Assembly: GCA_964396025.1 (NCBI GenBank)
Contig: CAYNBT010000001.1
Span: 109,271 to 173,270, forward strand
Direction: 5' to 3'
From: an uncultured Candidatus Saccharibacteria bacterium
GTDB lineage: Bacteria > Patescibacteriota > WWE3 > UBA101185 > UBA10185
DNA: 64,000 nt
Below the pieces are notes generated by a model. The model was not told the origin of the DNA and searched no databases. It worked only from the letters and a program-made list of their open reading frames with translations. How positions within the stretch are numbered: position 1 is the first letter of the stretch; each line of letters starts with the position of its first letter. Positions 32,967 to 43,307 of the stretch are shown one piece after another. The translations under genes were made by a program, and so were the position numbers.

Positions 32967-33509
32967 ATGCTAACAATTAATGACATTGCCGAGAGAGGCA
33001 CAAGCTGGATTCACAAAGATTTAGAATTGCGACAAAGTCCCATACACGGTTATGGACTATTCGCATCAAAAGAAATACCTGTAAACACATTGGTAGCGGT
33101 GTTTGGTGGAAAGGTTTACACAGCAGAGGAAATCTCTAACCTACCAGACGATTCTTTTGTTAAAGACGTAGCAACGCAACTAAACAATGATTTTTTCTTA
33201 GGTCCACTTAATGAGAACGATGTTGAACGAGGCTTCTTTATCAATCATAGATGTGAACCAAACGCTAGAATAAAAAACTCCATATTTCTTGTCACTATAA
33301 AGAGTTTAGTACCTGATGAAGAACTAACATTCGACTATGCACATTCCCATAACAAACAGATAAATATGCAATGCAGTTGTGGGGCAAAGAGTTGTAGAAA
33401 AATAATAAGAAATGATGATTATCTTAATCCAGAATACGCAAGTAAAAACATGGAGTATTTTGTAGAATGGCTAAGAGAACTAGTAGTGAAGCAACAGCCT
33501 TTACTGTAA
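32967..33509 (+). CDS. SET-domain lysine methyltransferase with post-SET motif
   Basis: HGYGLFA, FINHRCEPN, ELTFDY, CSCGAKSC. Confidence 0.92.
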   Translation: MLTINDIAERGTSWIHKDLELRQSPIHGYGLFASKEIPVNTLVAVFGGKVYTAEEISNLPDDSFVKDVATQLNNDFFLGPLNENDVERGFFINHRCEPNARIKNSIFLVTIKSLVPDEELTFDYAHSHNKQINMQCSCGAKSCRKIIRNDDYLNPEYASKNMEYFVEWLRELVVKQQPLL

Positions 33510-33515
33510 AAAAAT

Positions 33516-33555
33516 AGACTGCACCTCATGTTTTTCATGTAGTTGCAGTCTTTTT
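33516..33555. terminator. Probable bidirectional terminator between convergent genes
   Basis: AGACTGCA/TGCAGTCT stem flanked by an A-run and a T-run. Confidence 0.6.
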
Positions 33556-33586
33556 CTTGGCGCTTGTACAAAACAAGACACACCTC

Positions 33587-34042
33587 CTAGTCTAAGTAGG
33601 CAAATGCCCTGTTAGCAAGGAATGGAACCGACGCCAACGCAAGAAGTAGCAAAAGCAAATACCCATAAAAACCTAACGGCAGGGGTGTCCGATTCTCAAC
33701 AAAGGCCCGTATGAAAAATACGACAAAGATCTGCCCTACTTCAAAAACGGAGCCAATAGAAGCCCACATACCTATTGTCGCACTACCTCCTAGTAGTCCA
33801 AAAAATGAAACGCTAAGCAAATAAAACCCAATCCAGTAAAAGAGTCCGGACAAAAATGCATTCAACATTATTGCCCCATAGTTTAGTTTAGCGATATCTC
33901 CATGATCGACTAAACGAAGTACATGATTCTCTCCACTGCCCCAGCGATAACCCGAGAATGCCACCGAGGCAAATCCGCAAAGGGCTATCGCAATCAGCAT
34001 CCAACGCGACATTACAGCAAGCTCACCTAATGCAACTTTCAT
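33587..34042 (-). CDS. 4-TM hypothetical membrane protein
   Basis: AAGGAGG SD before MKVALG; hydrophobic. Confidence 0.7.
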   Translation of the reverse strand: MKVALGELAVMSRWMLIAIALCGFASVAFSGYRWGSGENHVLRLVDHGDIAKLNYGAIMLNAFLSGLFYWIGFYLLSVSFFGLLGGSATIGMWASIGSVFEVGQIFVVFFIRAFVENRTPLPLGFYGYLLLLLLALASVPFLANRAFAYLD

Positions 34043-34138
34043 CACTAACCTCCTTGAGTTATGTTTTCCAAATGTTAACATACATACCCACTGTATTCAA
34101 ACTATAGGGCCTTGACACAGTTATGCTACAATATTTGC

Positions 34139-34558
34139 ATGCAGAACAAAGAGCGTAGTTTCTTTACAAAATTCGGACCACATCTAATCTTTGACGGTTA
34201 TGGAGCAAACCCTAATCTTCTAAACAACATGGAGCTGTGTTTTGACGCGCTAAACATGCTTGCAAAACTTGCTGGAATGCGAAAAATGATGGAACCAATA
34301 GTTATTAAATCTGAAGGAAATCTCACTCTGGGCGGAAAGGATCCTGGGGGTTTCTCTGGATTTGTAATAATTCAGGAATCACATATAAGCCTTCATACGT
34401 TTGTGAAAAGAAAATTTATTACCGTAGACCTATATTCCTGCAAGGAATTTGATCCCGAAAGCGCAATCAACTATCTAAAGGAAGCTTTCGAAGTAAAAGA
34501 AGCGGATATTGTTAAACTGGACAGAGGCCTTAAATATCCAACTGAGAACCTCATTTAG
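34139..34558 (+). CDS. speD: S-adenosylmethionine decarboxylase-family pyruvoyl enzyme
   Basis: GPHL, E|SHISLHT self-cleavage site, DLYSC, RG. Confidence 0.88.
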   Translation: MQNKERSFFTKFGPHLIFDGYGANPNLLNNMELCFDALNMLAKLAGMRKMMEPIVIKSEGNLTLGGKDPGGFSGFVIIQESHISLHTFVKRKFITVDLYSCKEFDPESAINYLKEAFEVKEADIVKLDRGLKYPTENLI

Positions 34559-34617
34559 CCAAACAAAAACAATCTCTTTTTCAATCTAACAGATGCAGAT
34601 CTGCGAAAATTCCAACA

Positions 34618-35637
34618 TCAGCTAAAAAGCTTGCTTAAAGAATGTTTTTTTCGCGTTTTCCAGTCGCCTTTGTGATAAGCATAACTTGATAGTAACGGCA
34701 GAACAGATGTTGCTTCAGCAAATACCATTTGCTCAAACGAATTTGACACTTTACCCCAAGACATTGCTTCCTTAAGTGTAGAGCTAGAACAGGCACCATC
34801 ACGAGAATCTGCAACAGTAATTTGTATTGCATATTTATGCATTGGAACCTCTTTACCTAGCAATTCCGCACAAACTACGGTATCCTGCACAAAATTCTTA
34901 GGTACACCGCCACCAATCATTAGTAAGCCAGTTTCCTCAACAGACATTTTGATATGTGTAAGTTCTCTAAAATCCTTAACAGAATCAATGGAAACATGAG
35001 ACAAGGGGCGAGCATACTGATGCTTAACTAAACCAAATCCAGCACTACTATCGGAAAAAGCAGGACAAAAAATCGGGACATCGTGTTCATAAGCTAACTG
35101 TACGAGTGAATTCTTTTTCTTTGAATTTCTTGTCAAATACTCACCCATTGCAACAATAAATTCGCGGGAGGAGTAAGGCTTTGGGGACAAACTGTCGGCA
35201 ATTTCTTGTATAGCATTGTCACAAGCCTGTAGATTGTCTTCATCGATAAAAGTATCGTATATTCTGTCTATGTAAAGCTCTCTTAGCTGCTGATCATCAA
35301 TATACGGTGTACCTATATAATGCTTAAATCCTAAAGCCTCAAAAAAATCCATATCAACGATACTTGCACCAGTAGCCACAACAGCATCCACCATGTTATG
35401 CGCTATAAGGTCAGAGTAGATATTCATACAACCTGCGGCACTAGTGCTACCGGCCAGAGACAATATAACTACACAAGAAGGATCTTTGAGCATATCAGCA
35501 TAGATTTGAGCGGCGCGACCAAGATCTCGCGCAGTGAAGCCCATATCTTGCATACCTTCAATAATTTTGGTTGAATCAAATGACTTGAAATCTATGTGTT
35601 TGACTTCTCTTGAGAGGAGTTCGTGTTTTTTGAGCAT
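34618..35637 (-). CDS. Deoxyhypusine synthase-like protein (possible homospermidine synthase)
   Basis: CPAFSDSS, GGGVPKNF, GACSSSTLKEAMSWGK with the catalytic Lys retained. Confidence 0.88.
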   Translation of the reverse strand: MLKKHELLSREVKHIDFKSFDSTKIIEGMQDMGFTARDLGRAAQIYADMLKDPSCVVILSLAGSTSAAGCMNIYSDLIAHNMVDAVVATGASIVDMDFFEALGFKHYIGTPYIDDQQLRELYIDRIYDTFIDEDNLQACDNAIQEIADSLSPKPYSSREFIVAMGEYLTRNSKKKNSLVQLAYEHDVPIFCPAFSDSSAGFGLVKHQYARPLSHVSIDSVKDFRELTHIKMSVEETGLLMIGGGVPKNFVQDTVVCAELLGKEVPMHKYAIQITVADSRDGACSSSTLKEAMSWGKVSNSFEQMVFAEATSVLPLLSSYAYHKGDWKTRKKHSLSKLFS

Positions 35638-35716
35638 ATTACAGTGTTCTACACTAACAGACAGACAAATGCAACTATATTGACATAACATAATTTAAGT
35701 TAGAAGATTATGTTGA

Positions 35717-36562
35717 ATGGTTGATAACAGAGTTCACAAAATATACCACCTGCTAACAACAATAACGTGTTGTGTGGGAGTAGTACTTCTAGTGATGAGT
35801 GCTACTGTCACAAACAATATGGTACAAACATTAGCACTATTCTCCCTGCTCATGATGAGTTTGTTGGGTTTTCTTGGTGCTTTTGTTATTCTGCCACAAT
35901 GGGGAAATGTGCATAGCGTAGTTGGAAAAAGTATACTTTTCTTACAGTTGGCTCTAGCATGTTGGACCTTAGGCATTACAGCAACATTTATAATTGAGAA
36001 GTTACTTGCCAAAGAACTGTCCTATCCTGGAGTACCAGACTACTTCTTCATATTCATAGACCCGTTGTATGCACTAGCATTAATACAGATTATGAGATAT
36101 TCCGGGGCATGGAGAAGTCTAAAGGACACAACATGGTCATACCTTATACTTTTGTTAATACCTATAATTTCTTTGTACATAAATTACAGACTTTTCTTTG
36201 GAGATGCGTCTTATTTTGAAACAATAGATTTGGCCGTAATGTTTGATTTGTTTTACAGCTTTGGAAGTATTGCAGTAATGGCTCTCACTACAATCTCATT
36301 TATGCTTTGTGTAAAGAAATTAGGAGGAAAGATGAAGGGGGCTTTATACCTACTTTTCTGTGGCTTCATTGCACAGTACATTGGGGACATTGCATTTTCA
36401 ATCCTAGAATATCAAGACATGACTTATAATGGAAACTTGGCTGACTTTGTTTACTTTATTTCCATAAGTCTAGTTACAATGGGTATTTTGCAATTCAATA
36501 CACAAAGGCTTGATACAAAAGTATCTAGCGGAGAGTTAAACAAAGAAGAAAATGTATCCTAA
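35717..36562 (+). CDS. Multi-pass (7-8 TM) membrane sensor-like protein
   Basis: Hydrophobic throughout; YPGVPDYFF, GD, Y.G..AD motifs; start uncertain. Confidence 0.75.
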   Translation: MVDNRVHKIYHLLTTITCCVGVVLLVMSATVTNNMVQTLALFSLLMMSLLGFLGAFVILPQWGNVHSVVGKSILFLQLALACWTLGITATFIIEKLLAKELSYPGVPDYFFIFIDPLYALALIQIMRYSGAWRSLKDTTWSYLILLLIPIISLYINYRLFFGDASYFETIDLAVMFDLFYSFGSIAVMALTTISFMLCVKKLGGKMKGALYLLFCGFIAQYIGDIAFSILEYQDMTYNGNLADFVYFISISLVTMGILQFNTQRLDTKVSSGELNKEENVS

Positions 36563-36854
36563 CGATATATTTAAAAATATTATACGAGAACAGAGTCTAA
36601 TAGTCGGTGAAGCGCTTTCTAAATCAAGGGCCATTGGAACTGGGTCCATTAGTTTCGGACCAGACGGCAATATACATATACAAGACGAGCCAAAATTGGC
36701 GCTTGAGAAACTTATAAGATCATACGAAGAAATCTTTGGACAATCATCCCTAGATGTGTGTGTTGATGTCCTACACAGAATGCCCTACACAGAAATAGAG
36801 TTATTTTTACCAGACAGAATCAAAACACAACTAACCAACCAAAAAAAGCTATAG
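36552..36854 (+). CDS. Small soluble hypothetical protein coupled to the TM sensor
   Basis: 100 aa; overlaps the upstream gene end by 11 nt; IIREQ..IVG and L...Y...FG motifs. Confidence 0.75.
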   Translation: MYPNDIFKNIIREQSLIVGEALSKSRAIGTGSISFGPDGNIHIQDEPKLALEKLIRSYEEIFGQSSLDVCVDVLHRMPYTEIELFLPDRIKTQLTNQKKL

Positions 36855-36871
36855 TAAGGTAGAATACTTGT

Positions 36872-38038
36872 ATGGACGCAAACGCTGCTCAAATCAACAA
36901 TAATAGCGCGTCTTCTATTGACACGAAAATCGCAGAGGAAATATATAAAAGAAATGTTGAACTTCTTGATCAGCGACGAAGGGCCGAGGAATTACTTTAT
37001 GGAATATCCGAAGGGGTCTTAGCTGTAGATACGGACCTCAAAATCACCTTATTCAACAACACGTTAGAGAAAATGCTCAGATTGCGCAAAGATGATGCAA
37101 TAGGAAAACAGATTGAAGACGTGATAGTACTAAACACTGAGGATGGAAAATCAATAGATATAAAAAAATACTGTTTGTCACAAAACCCTGAATTTACTCA
37201 CTTGGAAGGGGTCATACTCACCAGCAAATATAGAAGCTACTTTGTTAACCTTAAATCCTCCATTATCTCCCCGATAACTGGAGAAACAGAAGGATTGATA
37301 ACTCTCGTTGATATAACAAAAGAAAAAGAACTTGAAAAAACCAAAGATGATTTTATCTCTATCACATCACACGAGCTCAGAACCCCAATGACTATTATAA
37401 AAAGCTATTTATGGATGCTATCAGCAGAAAAAGCAGGAACACTTAACGACAAGCAAAGGGAATATATAAACAAGGCTACCAAAGGCACAGAGCGTATGCT
37501 TGCATTGATAAACGATATGTTAAACATTGCAAGAATAGAGCAGGGCAAGATTGAAATAAAACCCGAATCTCTAAAACTTATACAGTTTATAGAAGAACTT
37601 GCTGTAGACTTCAGAATGAAGATGCAGGAAAAAAACCTTACACTAAATATAGACTACGATCAAAGCGCTACTGATATATACGCAGATAAAACAAGACTAA
37701 TGGAAATATTCATTAATCTAATAGGCAATTCGTTTAAATTCACAGACAAAGGAAGCATAACAATTAAAACAGAAAAGTTACCAGATAATTATGTGAAAAT
37801 ATACATTACTGACACAGGTAAAGGTATAGATAAAAAAGACATGGAAAGATTGTTTCATAAATTTGGCAGATTAGACAACTCCTATCAAACTGTGGCAGAG
37901 TCTGGCGGCACAGGGCTGGGGTTATTCATTGTTAAACTTTATATTGAGAAAATGAATGGCATGATCGGTTTATACTCTAAGGGATTAGGTTACGGCACTA
38001 CTTTTTGGTTTACACTACCAACAGTTAACACATTTTAA
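36872..38038 (+). CDS. Cytoplasmic PAS-HisKA-HATPase histidine kinase
   Basis: SHELRTP H-box, NLIGNSFKF, DTGKGI, GTGLGL; no TM. Confidence 0.93.
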   Translation: MDANAAQINNNSASSIDTKIAEEIYKRNVELLDQRRRAEELLYGISEGVLAVDTDLKITLFNNTLEKMLRLRKDDAIGKQIEDVIVLNTEDGKSIDIKKYCLSQNPEFTHLEGVILTSKYRSYFVNLKSSIISPITGETEGLITLVDITKEKELEKTKDDFISITSHELRTPMTIIKSYLWMLSAEKAGTLNDKQREYINKATKGTERMLALINDMLNIARIEQGKIEIKPESLKLIQFIEELAVDFRMKMQEKNLTLNIDYDQSATDIYADKTRLMEIFINLIGNSFKFTDKGSITIKTEKLPDNYVKIYITDTGKGIDKKDMERLFHKFGRLDNSYQTVAESGGTGLGLFIVKLYIEKMNGMIGLYSKGLGYGTTFWFTLPTVNTF

Positions 38039-38084
38039 ATATCTATCACTACCAGAAACAATAGAGCTATTTTGGCCGGAACAA

Positions 38085-38114
38085 AGGAGGGCCCCGCGTA
38101 AGCGGGGCCCTCCT
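38085..38114. terminator. Strong hairpin terminator between convergent HK and hup
   Basis: Perfect 13-bp stem AGGAGGGCCCCGC-GTAA-GCGGGGCCCTCCT. Confidence 0.8.
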
Positions 38115-38144
38115 ATTCCATAGAAGAAACAGTATTAACTACTA

Positions 38145-38417
38145 TTACTTCACTTCATCCTTCAAGCTTTTACCTGCCTTGAATGCTGGAGTTTTTCCTG
38201 CTGGGATGTGTAATGGAGCACCGGTTTGTGGGTTTCTTCCCATTCTTGCGGCTCTGGATCTAACTTCGAAAGTTCCGAAGCCAGTCCAAGTAACTTTCTC
38301 GCCTCTTGCGAGCGCGGAAGTAATTACTTCTACCAAAGCGTCTAGAGCTTTTCCAGAATCTACTTTAGTAAGACCAGCTTTATCAGCTACCATACTTATT
38401 AAGTCTGTTTTTGTCAT
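38145..38417 (-). CDS. hup: DNA-binding protein HU
   Basis: MTKTDLI, GFGTF, GRNPQTG, PAFKAGK; G-rich SD. Confidence 0.97.
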   Translation of the reverse strand: MTKTDLISMVADKAGLTKVDSGKALDALVEVITSALARGEKVTWTGFGTFEVRSRAARMGRNPQTGAPLHIPAGKTPAFKAGKSLKDEVK

Positions 38418-38485
38418 TGCTAAGCACCCCCCTTCATTACATTGCCTTATGGCAAATAAATATTTCAAAAAAATTAACTGATTTC

Positions 38486-39262
38486 TTAATCGTAGTTCTT
38501 ATCAAATCGTTCAATACTATTCTTCTGTGTATCAATAAGAACACTACGAAAAACCTTACGGCCTTTTTCTTCCCACTCGAACCGCTGATTCATACCTGTT
38601 GTATAAAAATTTATAATGATATCTTTTTGAACTCCTAAAACTGAATCTATATTCCCGCACATACCCACATCACTAACAAATAGAGTTCCCTTGGGCAATA
38701 CATGATTATCACACGTCGGAACATGCGTATGAGTACCTACTACACAATCAACACGACCATCAAAATAAAAGCCAAAAGCATACTTTTCACTCGTGGCTTC
38801 AGCATGAAAGTCTACAAAGGATGCATCATATTTTTCGGAAACGGAAACCTCACTTAATATTTTGTCTACAGTGGTAAAAGGATCGTTAATGCGTTCGTTT
38901 AGGAATGTTCTGCCCATAACATTTATAAGTAATAGTTTATCATTTTTCCTTGTTTTAACAACAACAAATCCCTTACCTGGAGTGCCCTCTGGATAGTTAG
39001 CAGGTCTTATAAGTGGAATATTATCGATGATGTCTTCAAGTTCCGGCCTCCAGAACACATGATCACCGCTTGTGAAGTAATCAACACCCGCATCTTGCAT
39101 TTCAAGTAACATATCCTTTGTTACACCCCTACCATGTGCAAGATTTTCTGCGTTAGCAATCACAATATCAATATCTTCTTTGGAAACTATATCTGGAAGT
39201 GCCCGCTTAACAGCGTCACGACCGGGGCGAGCAACAATATCACCTATAAAAAGTATTTTCAT
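38486..39262 (-). CDS. ymdB: YmdB-like metallophosphoesterase
   Basis: [24 protein letters not shown]; downstream of rny. Confidence 0.92.
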   Translation of the reverse strand: MKILFIGDIVARPGRDAVKRALPDIVSKEDIDIVIANAENLAHGRGVTKDMLLEMQDAGVDYFTSGDHVFWRPELEDIIDNIPLIRPANYPEGTPGKGFVVVKTRKNDKLLLINVMGRTFLNERINDPFTTVDKILSEVSVSEKYDASFVDFHAEATSEKYAFGFYFDGRVDCVVGTHTHVPTCDNHVLPKGTLFVSDVGMCGNIDSVLGVQKDIIINFYTTGMNQRFEWEEKGRKVFRSVLIDTQKNSIERFDKNYD

Positions 39263-39263
39263 A

Positions 39264-39464
39264 TTACTGTCCGAATAACCAACTCACAATCTGCTTAGGA
39301 GCATCATGTACAAATAAACTTACTCCAAGAAATGTTATTACGACAATCAATATAACGCCAAAGCACGCCTTAAGCAAGGAGCTAAGTAATTTACACAACA
39401 AGTAAAAAGCCACAATAAGCACTAACCCAAACAGCAAAACGTAAAGCATGTTGTTTAGAGTCAT
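39264..39464 (-). CDS. Small 2-TM hypothetical protein
   Basis: 66 aa hydrophobic; fills the rny-ymdB gap exactly. Confidence 0.65.
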   Translation of the reverse strand: MTLNNMLYVLLFGLVLIVAFYLLCKLLSSLLKACFGVILIVVITFLGVSLFVHDAPKQIVSWLFGQ

Positions 39465-39473
39465 AAGTTAAGT

Positions 39474-41042
39474 TTACTTAGCTGTCTCAGAGACCCTAGT
39501 TTCTCTTATCACAGTAACCTTAACAACACCTGGATACGTTTGTTCGAGTTCAATCTTTTTAGCTATTTCTCGCGCAATCAAAGCTGCTGAATCATCGTCC
39601 ACTCTACTTGGAATAACGAAAACCCGAACTTCTCTACCGGCTGAAATCGCATAAGCCTTATCTACACCATCAAAAGATGTCGCAGCAGCCTCAAGATCCT
39701 TCATACGCTTCACATATGATTCATAATCTTCTGATCTTGCTCCAGGGCGCGCACCGCTAATGTGATCTGCCAAAGCCACTACAGAAGACTCGAGTGAGCT
39801 AAACGGCCGATCTTCATGGTGTTCAGCAACACAATTTACAACTTTTTCATCGATTTTGTATTTTTTCAGAAGTTCCACACCAAGTTGAACATGCGTTCCT
39901 TCTTCATCTGTAACAACCTTACCAATGTCGTGGAGTAAACAACCCATTTTTACTACGTATACGTCTAAACCTAATTCGGTCGCTAATGCTGCACCAATCC
40001 TAGTCTCCTCAAGTGTATGCTCTATAAGGTTTTGGCCATACGAAAACCTATACTTAAATCGACCTAGCATTTGTATAAGCTCTTTGGGCAAATCGTATAT
40101 ACCAACGCGGTGGCATAAGTTATCGCCTTCCTTAAACATAAGGTGTTCTATCTCTTTCTGTGTCTTATCTATAGTTTCTTCGATCTTTACAGGCTGAATC
40201 CTGCCATCCTTCATTAATCTTTCAAGTGCTGTTTTGGCTATTTCGCGTCGAACCGGATCAAAAGAAGATATAATGATTTCTCCAGGTGAAGTGTCCAGCT
40301 CTAGCTCTACGCCAGTAAGCTCTTCAAACATTTTTATGTTGCGTCCTTCTTTACCAATGATACGACCCTTTATGTCTTCGTCTGGTATCTTAACCTTAGA
40401 AGTTGTGTATTCAACAACATAATCAGTAGCTCCAAAACGCATAGCATCTATCAATAACTCTTGGGCTTTCTTTTCTATATCCTTTTTTATTTCTTCTTCA
40501 ATTTGGCGAATTCTCTTGCCTTTTTCTGCAGAAAGGTCTCTATCAAAAGAAACTAGCAACTCCTGACGAGCTTCTTCTTTAGTCAAAGATGCGGTTTTTT
40601 CCAACTTATCTTGTTGTTGTTTGTATAGCTGATCTATTTGATCTTTTCGCTTTTCTATCGCGTCTTTCAACTCTCTAACCTGTCTAGCCTTATTTTCTAT
40701 CTCTTTTTCTTTCTCTTCCAGTTTAGATTTTTGCACTGCAAGTGATTTTTCTAGCTCAGCAGCCTTATCTTTAACTTCAGCTAACCTCTTGTCAGCTTCG
40801 GATTTGGACTGCATAACCTCATTTTTAGCCTCAAAGATGATCTCCTTGGCTTTTGCACGAGCTTCAAACACAATTTTCTCTTTAAGAGAATATTCCTCAA
40901 TTATTTTTTCTGGAGATAGTTGTGGCAGGGGTGCCTCAGAAGAATCATTCGCAGCTCTTTTTGACTTATTTGAAAAATAATAAGCGAGTGAAGTAGATAA
41001 ACCTACAGTTACAATGAAAAATATTATTTGTTGCATAAACAT
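39474..41042 (-). CDS. rny: Ribonuclease Y
   Basis: N-terminal TM, coiled coil, KH (GRIIGKEGRNI), HD (LLHDIGK). Confidence 0.96.
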   Translation of the reverse strand: MFMQQIIFFIVTVGLSTSLAYYFSNKSKRAANDSSEAPLPQLSPEKIIEEYSLKEKIVFEARAKAKEIIFEAKNEVMQSKSEADKRLAEVKDKAAELEKSLAVQKSKLEEKEKEIENKARQVRELKDAIEKRKDQIDQLYKQQQDKLEKTASLTKEEARQELLVSFDRDLSAEKGKRIRQIEEEIKKDIEKKAQELLIDAMRFGATDYVVEYTTSKVKIPDEDIKGRIIGKEGRNIKMFEELTGVELELDTSPGEIIISSFDPVRREIAKTALERLMKDGRIQPVKIEETIDKTQKEIEHLMFKEGDNLCHRVGIYDLPKELIQMLGRFKYRFSYGQNLIEHTLEETRIGAALATELGLDVYVVKMGCLLHDIGKVVTDEEGTHVQLGVELLKKYKIDEKVVNCVAEHHEDRPFSSLESSVVALADHISGARPGARSEDYESYVKRMKDLEAAATSFDGVDKAYAISAGREVRVFVIPSRVDDDSAALIAREIAKKIELEQTYPGVVKVTVIRETRVSETAK

Positions 41043-41096
41043 TCTTTCTTAAATTTAAGGGCTATGGGGTATAAATATGCGTAGATGCTACCAGTT

Positions 41097-41139
41097 TGAC
41101 AGCAAGCTAGACCGAAGTGGCTTGTAAAAAAGCCTGTCA
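41097..41139 (-). promoter_or_regulatory. Hairpin with C(UUCG)G loop in the rny 5' leader
   Basis: Minus strand UGACAG..CAAGC..AC-UUCG-GU..GCUUG-CUGUCA. Confidence 0.55.
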
Positions 41140-41196
41140 GAATAATTTTCGATTTTAGTAGATATAAGCATATTTTCCATAGCAAACAGCCCCATT

Positions 41197-41703
41197 CTAG
41201 TCAACCAAGTCGATACTGTCAACCACGCGGGCTATTATGTTGTAGTCAAAGCCCTTCTGGTACAAATATTTGAACAATTTGGATTTTTTGTTAGGAGGCT
41301 TCAAAAGTCGCTGTTTTTTTAAAGCAAGCTTTAAAATGGCTTTCTCTTGTAGGTCGTCGCCACTTAGACGAGCCATGTTTGCTTCTATCAGTTCAGGCGA
41401 TACACCCCTTTGAAGAAGTTTTTTTCGAACCATGTAAGGACTTATGGCCTTTTCTGACAACAGTATTGAATCTATATATTTGCTTACATAACTGGCGTCA
41501 TCAATAAGCCGCATGGTTCTTAAACGATCCTGTGTATGCTCTATCAAAGTGTCTGCGGATTCAACAAGTTCAGGAAACTTCTTGCGTAGTATTTGCAAAA
41601 GTTTCACATTTATCTCATAAGCAGTCCTGTCCTTTATGGAAAGATAATCTATGATTCTTTCGAAAAGATAGGCTTGAGCTCTTTTTTCAGTATCATTCAT
41701 CAA
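41197..41703 (-). CDS. recX: Regulatory protein RecX
   Basis: [24 protein letters not shown]; overlaps the recA end. Confidence 0.88.
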   Translation of the reverse strand: MMNDTEKRAQAYLFERIIDYLSIKDRTAYEINVKLLQILRKKFPELVESADTLIEHTQDRLRTMRLIDDASYVSKYIDSILLSEKAISPYMVRKKLLQRGVSPELIEANMARLSGDDLQEKAILKLALKKQRLLKPPNKKSKLFKYLYQKGFDYNIIARVVDSIDLVD

Positions 41704-42787
41704 GTTCTTGTTCTACCTCTACAGAGCGTGAGGTGCTTTCTTCTGCTCCTACCTGAAAATGCAATGCACCATCGTTTTTCATCGCAGCTCTGATCTTTTT
41801 GTCGATTTCCTCGTATGTCTTCTTGTTAGTCCTAAGTGTTTGCTTTGAAGCTTCCCTGCCCTGTCCAATCTTTTCTCCCCCAAATTCATACCAAGCACCA
41901 CTCTTTTTTACTATATTCATCTCTACACCAACATCAAGTAAATTCCCTTCCTTACTTATTCCTTCATTAAACATGATATCGAATTCCGCTACTCTAAATG
42001 GAGGGGCCACCTTGTTCTTTACCACTTTAACTTGCGCTTTTATACCGGATATATCATTACCATCCTTGATAGATTGTATCTTCCTTATTTCAAGGCGAAC
42101 TGAAGCATAAAATTTTAGCGCTCTTCCCCCAGACGTGGTTTCAGGGTTTCCAAACATAACACCTATCTTTGTGCGGAGTTGATTCGTGAATATAACTGTG
42201 CAATTGGACCTGCTTACAGAACCGGTAATTCTTCTTAGGGCTTGGCTCATAAGCCTAGCCTGCAAAGCAATATGACTGTCGCCAATATCACCCTCTATCT
42301 CAGCTTTTGGCACCAAAGCTGCCACTGAATCAATTGCAATTACATCTACAGCGTTTGATCTGATTAATGTTTCCGCTATATCCAACGCCTGCTCACCTGT
42401 ATCGGGTTGGGAAACCAAAAGATTTGTTACATCAACGCCAGTCTTTTCTGCGTAAATCGGGTCAAAGGCATGCTCAGCATCTATCAAAGCTGCGGTACCA
42501 CCAAGTTTTTGTGATTCCGCAATGATATGCTGCACCAGGGTAGTCTTTCCAGAAGATTCAGGACCATAAATTTCAACTATTCTGCCTCGTGGAACTCCTC
42601 CTACCCCAAGGGCGATATCCAAAGCTATAGAACCAGTGGGTATAACTGTAATATCCTTGGTTTCGGTCTTATCCCCCAAACGCATGATAGAACCCTTCCC
42701 AAAGGACTTCTCAATTTGATCTAGGGCAGATTTTAGAGCAATATCTCTATTTTTTTGTTCTTTATCATTTTTTACACTTGCTGACAT
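41693..42787 (-). CDS. recA: Recombinase RecA
   Basis: [32 protein letters not shown]. Confidence 0.99.
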   Translation of the reverse strand: MSASVKNDKEQKNRDIALKSALDQIEKSFGKGSIMRLGDKTETKDITVIPTGSIALDIALGVGGVPRGRIVEIYGPESSGKTTLVQHIIAESQKLGGTAALIDAEHAFDPIYAEKTGVDVTNLLVSQPDTGEQALDIAETLIRSNAVDVIAIDSVAALVPKAEIEGDIGDSHIALQARLMSQALRRITGSVSRSNCTVIFTNQLRTKIGVMFGNPETTSGGRALKFYASVRLEIRKIQSIKDGNDISGIKAQVKVVKNKVAPPFRVAEFDIMFNEGISKEGNLLDVGVEMNIVKKSGAWYEFGGEKIGQGREASKQTLRTNKKTYEEIDKKIRAAMKNDGALHFQVGAEESTSRSVEVEQELDE

Positions 42788-42867
42788 AAAAGCCTTTCTT
42801 AAACTTTAGAAAATTTTATGAATTAAACATCTAAATAACAAGTATAACCTCTCTATTTTAAATAGAA

Positions 42868-43305
42868 TTATGAGGTTATTTCTTCTGGGGCAGTAGATTT
42901 ATACAAATCTTTAATTCCTGAAGTACCGGCATTCTTTACAAAGAACTTATTTACTTCAGCTATAAGCTCTTTTGGCAGGTACTTGGCTTTCAACAAATAG
43001 CCATCAGCACCCATCTTATAGGCTTCTTTGGCTACAGTATCTTCACCTAAATTTGTGAGAAGATATACAGGCACACTTTTCATAGGAGAAGAATCTTCCC
43101 TGAAAGCTTTTAGTACCTCCATTCCGGTCAATTTGGGTAACATTATATCCAACAAAACTAGATCAAATCCGGTAACTGAAGATGCTTTGCTTAAGGCATC
43201 TTCGCCATCAACGGCTACTATTATCTCAAAGCCTGCATGGCGTAATACATCTTCGTAAAGACTTCTTATATAAGCATCATCTTCAATTAAAAGAATTTTC
43301 TTCAT
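42868..43305 (-). CDS. Stand-alone response regulator receiver
   Basis: IEDD, LLDIMLP, LTN, K. Confidence 0.92.
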   Translation of the reverse strand: MKKILLIEDDAYIRSLYEDVLRHAGFEIIVAVDGEDALSKASSVTGFDLVLLDIMLPKLTGMEVLKAFREDSSPMKSVPVYLLTNLGEDTVAKEAYKMGADGYLLKAKYLPKELIAEVNKFFVKNAGTSGIKDLYKSTAPEEITS

Positions 43306-43307
43306 AA

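Noticed and set aside
34112-34117. TTGACA upstream of speD as a -35 box or TTG start
   Set aside because: Only 9 nt from the -10 box; the extended -10 plus ATG at 34139 fits better.
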